Assembly (NCBI GenBank): GCA_002104905.1
Contig: MCFE01000449.1
Location: 1-64,000 of the forward strand
DNA: 64,000 nt
DNA from: Basidiobolus meristosporus CBS 931.73
Taxonomy: Eukaryota > Fungi > Basidiobolomycota
Reading direction: 5' to 3'
In this document: positions 1-10,980 of the stretch, piece after piece
How the letters are laid out: each line of letters begins with the position of its first letter
Numbering within the stretch: position 1 is the first letter of the stretch
Notes under the pieces: generated by a model
The model's database searches: none
What the model was told of the DNA's origin: nothing
Seen by the model: the letters and a program-made list of their open reading frames with translations, nothing else
Program-made: the position numbers and the translations under genes

Positions 1-294
1 ATCCATTGTCTAGGCTGCTTTCTGCTAGGTTAGGATGTATGTTCCTAAAGATGGCTTTTTGAATTTTTAGAGCGCAAGGTTGATCAAATGAATAGTGGTT
101 TAAGGCTTTGTTTGCGCAGACAAGACCTCCAGCATCTTATAAAAAATTGCAGAGTTTTGAATTTCAAACAAACACATTTTTGAATAAAACTTAGGAAAAG
201 TTTTATTTTCTTACGCAAAGAAAATTAGACAATTGTCAAGACTTATTATAAAAAACAACTTCAGGACAAATAACTCCCAAGGTTATTTTGACAA

Positions 295-2757
295 GTGCTT
301 TGGCACAGGAGACTTTGACACATCAATTTTGATTATTTGCACAAAATGATTGAAGATCAGCTAATTTATGTAGCAACAATTGACCCCTAGCTAATTTGGA
401 GCACTGTGAAGCCTGCACACATGGGAAACAAGCAGACAACTGTTCAAGAGCTCAGGGCTAACTTTAACTAAAAGAAACAGATTTAATTCACTGAGATCTG
501 TATGGACCTATGCAAAGTCAATCTGTAGGCAGGTTAAAGCATTGAATCAGTTTGGTAGATGATCTTACAAGATAAATGTGAGTGTACTTCATGAAAAGAA
601 AGAAAGAAGCTCTGTCTAAGCTCAGGGAGCTTAAAGCCATGGCCAAGAGAGAAACTGCTCAGAAAAATCAAGAAAATACACTCTGAAAATGGTGGACAAT
701 ATAAAACAAAACTCATAAGCAACTTCTTCAAATACATGGTATAAATCAAGACACTACTGTTCCATACCCCCCACAGCAAAATGGAGTAGCAGCACATGCA
801 AACAGCTCAATTATCAATATGGCAAGATCTATGATCCATGATCAAAAATCATCCTAAAATTTTTTGGTGAAATCACTTGCAACAGCTATGTACTGTAAAA
901 CTAAGAGCTATAACAGAGAACTTTGTGATTCTACACTATTTGAGGCATGGTATGGGTACAGATCAAGTGCAGAACCTCAAAGAATACTTGGGTGTGCAGT
1001 ATATGCCAAGATACTGCCTGAATATCAGTCAAATTTGAGCCAAAAATGTGAAATGCATATTTTTAGGCTACTGCAATGAGAGTAGAGTTAAGTAGCTCTA
1101 CAATACTAAAGCCAAGAGGCTGATTGAGTCTAGGAATGTGCTGTTTGATGAAACTTGATAATACTCACAAAAAATGCTTTCAAATGAGAAGAAAAATCTG
1201 CTCTCAAGTCCACCAATAATGAGGTTTGTATAAGAGTAAGACAATGAGAGTTTCTCACTGCAGAGGACTCTAGAGCACTGATTAAGCCTGAATCAGTGTC
1301 CAGGAAAATTCTACAAGTGATCAACTTAATACCGCAAGCCAGAAGATCCAACCATACCAGAAATAGCCAAAAGTATTGTATTAATGAGATTACAACCTTA
1401 GCCTATGCCTATTCAGGCCATATTCATGAGCCCCAGACTGTAAAAGAGGCCAAAATAGGCCTTGGACAAGGTTTTGAAGATCTGCAATGACTGAGGAGTA
1501 TAAGGCTCAGTTGAAAAATCAACCTTGGGACTTAGTCAAGTTACTAGTCAACCACAAATCAATTGGATGCAGATGGGTCTTCAAGACAAAACACAAGGCT
1601 GAGGGTACAATTGCAAGATACAAAGCAAGACTTAGGGCTAAAAGGTACCCTTAAATACAAGGACTTGACTATACTGAGACCTTTGTACTGGTAGCCAAGT
1701 TTAATTCTATCATACTAATAGTGGCTATTGCAGCTAGATATAAGTTTTTTAGACATCAAATGGATGCAAAAGCTGCATTTTTGTATGAAGAACTTCGTGA
1801 AGTTATGAATATTAGCCAGTCTGATGGGTTTGTGGACCAAGATTATCCCCACTTAGTCTGCATGCTTAAAAATTTCTTCATGGACTCAAATAATTACCAA
1901 GAGCCCAGAATTACACAATAAATTTGTATTTGGATTTTATGTGCTTTTAAAGGAGTATGGCTGACTATACTTTATACTATAAGCCAAGTAGAGCAAATCC
2001 AGTTCTATCAGCTCAATATATGAATGATCTGGTTATAGCCACCAGTAACTTAGAAATGTTGGAAGAGATTAAGTCTGGTATATCTAAGGAGCTAAAGATG
2101 TCCAATCTGAAGTACTCAGTTACTACTTAGGGATTTAAGTTCTCCATAGACAGAAGTACCCAGACTATCACCCTAAGCTCATCAAAGTATATTCAAGATA
2201 TATCAAAGAAGTATTAAGTGGTAAACTGTATACTGGCAGCTACCCCAATGGAGACATGCATTCACCTGATCAAAACTCAAACATATCAAGAGAGCTTGCT
2301 TCCATCTGAAAGCCCTTACAATCCTTATTCATCTATAGCCAGCAGGCAGATGTATATTATGCTTGAAGCAAGTCCAGATAGTTCACATTTGGTGGGAGTT
2401 GTCAGCCAGCACAATCCAAGCTATGGAACTGCTCATATTGCAGCAGTTAAGCAGAATTAGATACCTAAAGGGAGCTGCTGATATCTGCTTAAAATACATC
2501 TATAAGGATTTAGAAAAGATTTTGTAGGATGCTATTATGCTGATTAGGTACAAAACGTATAAGGCAGAAGATCCATCACAGGATGCACCTTTATTTTTGT
2601 AAAGGAGCAACTTCATGGAATACATGAAAGCAACCTACAATAGCACTTTCTACCACAGAGGCAGTGTAGATGGCAGCCTGTGAAGCTACCAAAGGCTTGA
2701 TGTAGTTAAGAATGCTTTTTAAAGATATAAGCTTATGTCAGAAATATCTCTTACTTT
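295..2757 (+). mobile_element. Ty1/Copia LTR retrotransposon relic, pol region (GAG-pre-integrase, integrase, RT, start of RNase H), with many stops and frameshifts
   Basis: Degenerate reading gives LWHRR..HI (~300), EHCEAC..GKQ (~400), DLIH.DLYGPM, WDLV.L...HKSIGCRWVFKTK...ARYKARL (RT, ~1530-1640), MDAKAAFLY, and an RNase H start YAD..RRSITG. The reading breaks off at 2757, where the CMC element begins. Confidence 0.9.
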
Positions 2758-2899
2758 CCCTATGAAATGTAGTTTGGTCCAGAGGGTGGATCTGATCCAG
2801 ATCAGCCACCAGGGTCCAGTTTGGAGACAGCTAGTTTGGTATAATGCTGATGTATCAATTTACCAAATGGTATTTCCTTTTTCTACCTCCCCTTGTGCA

Positions 2900-5190
2900 A
2901 CTCATATACTCCTCTGTAGAATCACCCCACTTTATTTGCTTACCCACTACTACCTTGGGTATTAAACATATAGTTTGCATCAAAACAAAATATGGCCTCC
3001 TGCTTACTAACTTCTACAAATGCCCACACCTGCCACAATTGACATACTTCTATCACCTCAGCTTTACAGCTTTTTAGTGTGATACTTGCAAAGCTGCCAT
3101 ATACATTGTACTGCTGGTACCATAAACATCTTGCAAGCATATGCTGTGTTGCTGCCACTTCTGCTATGAGTACCTTCTGAATATCTGCAAAGTACTTTTT
3201 GGTATTTAGCCATATATTCCTTTTCCCTGCTGGGTTCTAGTCCCCCTTATAGGTGTGATCTGGCTCTTGTTTGTGTGAATTCCATATTGAATGTGTAGAA
3301 GTTGGCTTGTGACCAAGAGAAGTCCAGCATACTTTGGTAGAGTTTTCCTAATAAAAAATAGTTGCTTGCTGCACCTAACCCAACTTTGCATTACTTAACT
3401 GATTACCTGTGAATTGGGGCTGCTTAGCTTGTTAATGCCATAGGCATAGGTGTCTCCATGTATGCATCTGTCCTTAATATTTTCCAACTCTTCCTCTATG
3501 TGCCAACTCATCACATCCATGATGGACTTGAAGGAAATATTGCTGATGAGATTGGGTTATGGTAAAACATGCAACTTGACTTGTCTTCCTATCTCCCCAC
3601 ACATTTGCTCCATAGGAAACTCCCAAAAGGTGAAGCAAGGTCCAATATTCTCTGCACACTGGGCAAGATGGAGTAGAGAATGGATACACTAACAGCAGAG
3701 ATCTATACATTCAGTTTCATGTTTGTAGTATAGCCACTCAAATCCTGTTACTAACCCCTTGCATAGCAGCAGTAGATATGTCAAGTTGGCATTGGTGATC
3801 TGCTTTAGGATATTAATTCCTACAATGTCCCCATATGACTCCAATGCTTCCAAAGTACTCTTGAGGGGAATAGCTTCAGAATGCCACTTGAATAAATAAG
3901 TTTCCAGCTTGTCCAGTCTTTGCATTTATACTGATGCAGATGCATCTGAATATTGATTGGAGCCCATGAGAAGTACTGAGGGTAGCAGATACTCTGTAAT
4001 ATCTTGCCAATTCTTTTAAATTTCTCTTGTATTTTGAGGGGCCCATTTGTATTGAGATACCCCATGTGCAACTTGGTCATTAGTATAGAGATATTGTGAA
4101 AAGCAAATGCATTGCTCCCAATGGTAAACTTTTGCTCCAACAGATACCCTCTATCTTAAGTATCTCTGGTTACCAATTAATTCCATATTCTGGTCAATGG
4201 CTTATAGCTTGCAAACTTTGCTGCAATTGCATGCTGACTTCTACATGCTCTCTCAGTTGGAAGTGATGTTCTTAGTGTTGGTGTCTGGGTGATAATAATA
4301 TGTGTGAGTTATGGAGTAAATCCCCTGGATTGTGCACATTTGACAGCAATGCCATCCATTGTGCATGGAAAAGCCAGCTATCTTGCTGATGGCTGGGGTG
4401 TCTACAATGCAGACAATACTATGAGCTTTGACATAACAGCCATTTACGGTTATCCTGCTGGAAAGCATACAAAATTCATCCAGCAATGAATACAGGTAGC
4501 TATACAGGTTAGACAGTGCTATAGGCACAGATACCAGTGAGACTACCATCAGATTTTTGCTTGGACACCATAAGATAGGTGGCAGATTCAGATTGATGAG
4601 GATCAGTGGCCAGCAGGATTTACTGGTAAAGTACTTGCATAATGAGAATCTATCAAGTGCTAATGTTAAGGCATGGTCATACATACATTCAAGGTAGCCC
4701 TTGCTTCTTTGCTGTTTGTAATGTTTGCCATCAAATATATTAGAAATATTTGCGCTAGATTGATAATGAGTGCAGTACTTTACAGCCTTGCAATATTTGT
4801 TGGACTGCATGAGCTTCTTTAGATAGGGTATTACTGGACTATATCCAGAGTGTTAACAATGCTTTCCCTCAATGATGGTGAATTCCTGACAATTTGGACA
4901 AGTTGCAATGGTGGCATTTTTAGATGTTAATGTCATGCAACTGCTAACACATGCTGGAATCAGGAGAGTCTCTGGGTCATGTGTTGCCTGCTGCATGATG
5001 GTTGTCCACTTGTACCATGTACATGGTAAGTTGCATCCTGGAGTGATTTTGGCAAGAAGTAGTAATAAATCCTCAAAGCCCCCATTACTGATATTAGTGG
5101 AAATGAGCCACTTCTCTAGCCACAACATTACATCATCCACCAGTAGATGGATTACTGGGCTCACTTGGCTCCATAAAGTATCCTTGGTAT
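2900..5190 (-). pseudogene. CACTA/En-Spm-type (Transposase_21-like) transposase, disrupted
   Basis: ORF 4253-4810 reads LALDRFSL...SCWPLILINLNLPP...NLMVVSLV...LYSLLDE...DTPAISKIAGF..HNGWHCCQMC. ORF 4853-5164 has the N-terminal CVSSCM...CPNC motif. HL...ENIGP..FW appears at ~3620-3680 in another frame. Boundaries are approximate. Confidence 0.8.
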
Positions 5191-5312
5191 TTGTTTCAGC
5201 AGGTGTTGTCTCATTGCATATACCATGCTCTATATACCAGGCTCATACATGGTACTGTTGTTAGGGGAGATAGACTCAAAATCCATCAATCCAGTCTTGA
5301 AGCACAACAACA

Positions 5313-6190
5313 GTGCCCAAGGATAAAGCCCATAAAAAAACCAATCAAACATGGGAGGGAGGCAATGTGGTGTTTATACTAAAACCTAAAAATCAAAAGA
5401 CATTCAAGAATTCTGAGGCTATTAAGTGCAATAATGAGGAGTGGGCCAATATTCAAGAGGCTGTCAGAAGTATAGCACTCCATCACCTTAAGGCTGGCAT
5501 ACCATGGGACCATCAGGAACTCAAGGCCAAGCAGAATGCACTTGACTTGTTCCATGAGCATTATCCTGGATTCAAACAGGCAAACAGATTTTGGGCCAGC
5601 ATTGGTATGCTAAGAAAGTATCATAAGATTAGCAGAAACTATCAAAGGCAGAAGAACAATGATGCCATGGTTAAATACCAGCATCTTTCTCAAGAGCCTG
5701 TTAGAAGCAGGGTCAAAAGCTTGAAACAAGCATCAAAGAGATGTCAGGTATCTGGAAGAGTGCCAATAAGGGACAAGCAGAAAGACACAGATGCACCAGC
5801 ACATCATTTATCAAGGAAAAAGTGTAATATTACACAAGAAGCACTCAGTCAAAGTAGCAGTGAAGGACCAGGTAGTGACAAAAGCAAGCAGCTATCTCAG
5901 GAGCCTATCACAACCACAGCTGAGAGCTCAAAACAAGCAGAAGAGAAATGATAGGTTGCCAGAAGAGTGCCAGCAAGGGACAAGCAGGCCAAAACAGATG
6001 CATCAGAGCAGAAGTTATCAAGCAGAAAATGTAGTTCATTACAAGAAGCACTCTTACAAAGTAGCAGTGAGCAACCCAGCAGTGATAAAGGGAAAGTCAA
6101 AGGGAAAAATGTCAATCCCAGCCTGATACAGGGATGCATGCAAAAAAAACTGCATTTCTTGCCAGTTAACACTGCAAGTCTGGAATAGAC
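5313..6190 (+). pseudogene. Accessory gene of the CMC element: helical N-terminal domain plus two ~69-aa low-complexity repeats, with an internal stop at 5949-5951
   Basis: ORF 5313-5951 (starts GTG) continues in repeat sequence to ~6190. An internal ~207-bp duplication spans ~5690-5895 and ~5897-6100. A homologous copy lies on the minus strand at ~63400-64000. Confidence 0.6.
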
Positions 6191-7114
6191 TGAATCCCAT
6201 CATAGCCAAGAAGAATTACCAACAAGAAAGCAGCTGTTTTCACAAGATCTGGAAGCACAGCTAGTTGAGCTACACTCCAGCAAGGTAGAGGAGTTTCAGA
6301 AAAAGTCAGTTTATCTACCGCAGCCACCACATCCTCTATTGTTGACAGAGTGGAGATCCCGCCAACAGACAAAGCTATAATGTCAAGAACTCAAAAGACT
6401 ATCACAATGCCTTCAGTGGAATTTTAAACATTGATAAGCACACCAAGAGGTTGCAGCACTTCTTCAAGAGCAGTGCTCAAGAAAGTGCACTTGAATATTG
6501 CAAGGATTTATTGCAAAGACTTGCAGATGAGGTGCTAGACCTTGCAGTGCTGGCTGAAGACCAGGATGTGGGGGAACCAATAAATGAACAATGGCATAAA
6601 GCTGTTGTGTTCCTGCCAAAGTCATGGAAACAGAGCTTTATGGCAGAAATACTTATTGAGCAGTGGATTTTAGTGGACTTACTTGTTGAGTGTGGGGTTG
6701 GGCTTAATGGTTGTGTAGGGTATAAGGACCCGCATAGGTCAAAACAATTGCCAATTGAGGTACAACTGAAGCTTTAACAAAATTAATCAGTTTGTACACA
6801 TGCAAAGTAAGAGAAATGGCTTATGCAGGAAGTAAGGAGTGTGAAAAAGAGCCAATAGCCACTCAAGGTACACAAACATAAGAGGTGATCAAGTGTCTGG
6901 GATCAGAAAGTGAGCAAATTGGCAGGGAACCAGTCAAAAGCCACTTTTGTATTTTGTTGAAAAAATTTGACCAAGTTTTTTTGTGAAATTGGGGGTGCAA
7001 TTATTTTTCAATGGTCTCTGCACAGTGTCCTGACAGGATCAGTACTTCTTAGTCACAGGACTTTAAGTCTGTGATGGCCTTTTGACAGAATCATCACAAT
7101 AATTTCTCATAGGG

Positions 7115-7712
7115 TTTATTTCAAAATATTTATGGATGTATACAATCAGGTAGATGTCTAACTTTTCATGCTAGAGCTAAGCACATAGTTATTAGAAATC
7201 ATTTCATGTGTGAAGCTATAGAGAGTACTTAGTCAGCCCAGTTTACTGTCCTGCAGATGAAATAATTGCAGATATATTTACCAAACCATTAGCTAGAGAC
7301 AAATTTGAATATCTTAGGTTAGAGTTAGGACTAGTCAGTAGGAGCATTTAGTTGAGTGGGAGTGTTGTAAAAGTTTGTAATTCCACCTCAATATTCTCCA
7401 AACTCAGTCACTTGGATCATTGCCTACAGATCTTAAAGAGTACAGACCAAATTTCCTATTGGGGCTTACATAGAATATTTTCACCAAAATATCAGGTACC
7501 CAGAACATGAAAGTCTTCATGGTTGTCCAAACAGCCCCAAACATGGCTCACATGCTCTTGGGACCTTCCTAAGCCTACATTACCTGTTTGCTATGCCAAG
7601 ACCATGTAAAAGTATAAACACTACTCTTACAATTAATAAATCATAAAGTTAAAACCAAATAATCTACTTGTTCTCCAATATCACTTCCAATATCTTAAAG
7701 ACTTTTATAACA
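7115..7712 (+). mobile_element. Copia RNase H C-terminus, PPT and 3' LTR (7363-7712, 350 bp), continuing the element at 295-2757
   Basis: Reads TFHARAKH...YCPADEIIADIFTKPLARDKFEYLR. PPT GAGTGGGAG lies at 7354-7362. The LTR runs TGTTGTAA...TAACA and is homologous to the LTR at 48067-48415. Confidence 0.85.
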
Positions 7713-8180
7713 GTAAGAAGTATGGCAATACTGGAAGTGACAGTGAGGACAAGTGGATTATGTAGGCTTCTCTCAATGCTTTACTTAACATAAAAGTAGT
7801 ACATATACTTTTGCATGGTCTTGCCAAAACAATCATGTAGACTATGCTTAAGACAGTCCCACAAGTATGTGTGCTAAGATTGGGGCTGCTTTGAGAACTT
7901 TGAGAAATATCATGTCATGGGCACATGTTATTCTGATGAAACACTTCAGTCAGGTACTGATAATAGTTCTAGTCAGGATTATCTAGGATTTTTAGATAAT
8001 TTAAAGTGGGTGATCATGCTATCTAAATAAGCATCTATAGCTACCAGTAATACAATACTCTCACTATACTAAGTACTCATATGTGCCAGTCTCAATTGTG
8101 ATTTCCAATTCTTCAGTGTATCTCTAGTTAATGACTTTGGAAGTGTATTAGTAATTATATTATCTGCAGGGCAACAGCTC
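7713..8180 (-). mobile_element. Second, more diverged Copia 3' end (RNase H tail, PPT, LTR 7713-8057), tail-to-tail with the preceding LTR
   Basis: The reverse complement reads CPADNIITNTLPKSLTRD..L (RNase H tail), AGTGAGAG (PPT-like), then TATTGTA followed by an LTR with the family motifs GCAAGACCATGCAAAAGTA and ACATAATCCACTTGT. Confidence 0.7.
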
Positions 8181-9223
8181 TTGGCAGTGAGCTACACACT
8201 TAGGGTTAGAAGGGAGTAAGGTAAGCGTACAAATATGCAGTCGTGCAACTTCTCATTCAATAATACTTTCTGTGTTTATTCAACCTGATAGTGGCCTATA
8301 ATGTTGCCTGGGCTCAATATCTGGTAGAGCTATGGTTCTTTAACAACTTTCAGTCCTCGAATTCTAAGCAGATCTTCTCGTTAATACCTGTAATACAGGC
8401 TGAAAATATATATATTTGCAATGCACCACTATGAATCGCATTCTGCCAATTAACCCAATATCAATTCAGCCCCAGGTGGTGCAAACATGGCTAATCTAGA
8501 GAAGCAAAATCTTATGTTAAAGGGTACAAAGTGAACACGGAGCTTGACTTAGTTGGTAGAGGCAATGTGTCCTGAGTACGCTGCCAATTTCCAGTCGAAA
8601 TACCATTAGTCTTTATATCCTTATGATTGGATTTAAGATTCAAAATATTTATTGCTACAGTAGCTTACGCTTGGCGAGCAAAAAGAAACAGATACACAAT
8701 CACTAGTAGGGAGTCTAGCCCTAATTCTTTAGCTTACCAGCCACAAACGGGCGTCTATTTAAATCCCACGTTTTTCTAATATTGGGATTGTCATCAAACC
8801 AGTGATTATTCTTACGTGGCCATAGTGGGAAACTGTATATAATTAGGATACAATATATTTTGATATTGTATCGGAATAGTGGTAACCCAGCATTTGTTGA
8901 CCGGTATTTCGAGAAATGTCCAAATTGAGTAAATATTGGTTGCCATCAAAGCACACTCCCCTCCCCTTTTCGGTGTGTACCCTTGTTGGAGAGTTAGTGT
9001 TCATATAACACCGATCGGGTCGCTCTCTCGGATATTCTATGGAACTAATCAAATCTACTTGTATAGGGCAGTTTCACACAGACTCTAATGAACAAAACGA
9101 CGATCGCCAAAACCAAGATCCCAAAAACAGTACGGTAGGTTGAAAATCTTTGGGAACTGTCAGCTTTGTATGTTCAAATCACATTGCAAGGTATTTATTG
9201 GAATTGGACATTACTGCAGTAGC

Positions 9224-9781
9224 TTACGCTTGGCGAGCAAAATTTTGGGTCCAGTAATTGCCATTGGCAACATACCCGGAGCCAAAGTGGGTGTATTGCG
9301 ATCCAAGAATGTTGCTGCGATGGCCTGGTGAGTTCATCCAGCCATTCATGACCGCTTCGATGCTTCCATATCCCTTGGCCACATTCTCGCCCACCGCACT
9401 CCACTTGAACCCGGTTTCGGAAACACGCGTACTGAGAGGCCTACCAGGCTCGTCATGAGTCATCTGACCAACACGGGCCTGATAGTCAGTATGCTTCTGA
9501 GCAGAAAGCACTAGGCGGTCGTCCAGTTTCAGTGCGGGTTGGCCATTCATCTGGCGCTGTTGATTGACCAGCTCAAGCATCTTTTGCACATCCCCATTCC
9601 CAGAGCCAGTCTGAGGGGGCGAAGTTGGTGAGGTCGGTGGAGTGGGTGGAGTCGGCGAGGTGGGGAACCTGTGAAAGCCACCACTAGGAATCTTTACCGG
9701 GTGACCAATTGGAGCAGTGAGCACCAGCACTGCTTGAAGGATAAGAAATGTGAGACATACGGTAGCAGACCAGCACTTCAT
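9224..9781 (-). CDS. Secreted CAP/SCP-domain protein (185 aa; signal peptide, Pro/Thr linker, Cys-free CAP domain), copy A
   Basis: Intronless ORF. The likely start is MKCWSATVCL at 9781, downstream of a TATA box. CAP motifs: LELVNQQR, AQKHTDY, MTHD, GENVAKGY, WMNSPGHRSNIL. Confidence 0.93.
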   Translation of the reverse strand: MKCWSATVCLTFLILQAVLVLTAPIGHPVKIPSGGFHRFPTSPTPPTPPTSPTSPPQTGSGNGDVQKMLELVNQQRQMNGQPALKLDDRLVLSAQKHTDYQARVGQMTHDEPGRPLSTRVSETGFKWSAVGENVAKGYGSIEAVMNGWMNSPGHRSNILGSQYTHFGSGYVANGNYWTQNFARQA

Positions 9782-9829
9782 AATCGTCGTTTTGAAGGAA
9801 TAATGCTCTCTGCTGGACGGATGAGCTCT

Positions 9830-9836
9830 TTTATAG
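9830..9836 (-). promoter_or_regulatory. TATA box of CAP copy A
   Basis: TATAAAA lies about 50 nt upstream of the ATG and is conserved at the same offset in copy B (12080-12086) despite surrounding divergence. Confidence 0.6.
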
Positions 9837-10980
9837 ATTGACTTGCTGTAAGGGAACGATCCATGGCTTGTCACACAAGCTCTATTCAATCAAGTGACTT
9901 CGACTTTAGGGAGCCTATTGAGTATGGACCTCTGTACCAACCAGTGCACGAGTTGACCATACATCTTGTGAAAGCCGTAATCGAGGCATGAAAGTAATCC
10001 ATGTGCTTGTGAGTAATCAGTTCAAAGTCAGGTAGAGTTGGATGAGGCCAGTACTTAATGTAGTACATACTAAACAGCTGTGTTACATACATATGAGATT
10101 GTCGGATGGATGAGGTACCACCTATGGTACTTGACATAGAAGGAAGGTGAGGGCCTGGGAATTAATAAGTTGGCTTCTCACTTGAGCTTGCTTGTTGAGT
10201 TTGAATTCAGCAAGGTCAAACCTGTTACTAATGATGATCATTTGCACTGTAGCATCCAATAATCTTAACCCAAGAGCCTTTACCGAATCCATGTAGTGCA
10301 GCCATATTAATGGTGATGAAGCCAAGCACATCCAAGAATATGAGCTTTGTGGTGATTGCTCCGTTCAGCTAACCCGTACAATTGAGGCTCTAATCACACG
10401 CAAATAAGGCAGCAAGTGTAAGGTATTCAATCCGTCAAAAGCACGGTGGGCGTCAAACCTAATGGCTGTTCAGAAAGCATTTCGATGACATAGACTGAAC
10501 CTATACCTTATGAAAAAAAATGACCAACGACCAGCATAATGCAAGCAGAAACCCATTAAAGTTACAACTTCCGATATTTGAAGTTCTATCCTTCTTGAGG
10601 ACAAATAGACATACGTCCTGGAAAGTGTTACCCTCATATCAAATTTGGCAACAGTCATCTCACTGACTCTAGAGATATTTACCCGGGAAAAATTAACTGA
10701 AAAATATCAGTAGAATACCATACAAAATCGAAGTTTAAGATGTTACATAGGGATATAGACACAGTAGGCACACCATGAAAGTAAATTTAGATGTCTGTTG
10801 AATTATGAAGCTCATCATTGAGGTTGTAGAAAAGGCTCTGGAATTGGCTATGAGAGATATACGCTGGTTGCTGGACCAATGGGTGTTGAAGGTGGAACGA
10901 ACAAGGTTGGAGCTTGTTTAAGAATACTTTGCCATAGGATTGTATTTCAATTATGCCCTGAAGTTACGTATTTGAACCAG

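Larger units (their letters stand above)
2758..7114. mobile_element. Complete CACTA/CMC-superfamily DNA transposon (4,357 bp) inserted into the Copia RNase H
   Basis: The left end CCCTATGA (2758-2765) and right end TCATAGGG (7107-7114) are perfect 8-bp TIRs fitting the CMC terminal consensus CMCWR. A 3-bp TSD TTT lies at 2755-2757 and 7115-7117. There is a subterminal inverted motif TGTGATG...CATCACA (7070-7098). The Copia RNase H reading (GCI...TFHARAKH) resumes after 7114. Confidence 0.85.
8683..10150. repeat. Tandem segmental duplication unit A (CAP gene plus flanks)
   Basis: Matches 10981-~12390 at offset 2298, then offset 2250 after a 48-bp indel (8871-8918 is absent in unit B). Near-identical from 8683 to ~9770 and visibly diverged beyond. 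Confidence 0.95.

Noticed and set aside
9782-9889. N-terminal extensions of the CAP ORFs (also 12032-12151), the FBA1 ORF (25449-25547) and the Prx ORF (31551-31580)
   Set aside because: The extensions cross TATA boxes or UTR-like sequence. The internal ATG gives the proper signal peptide, conserved start or presequence.
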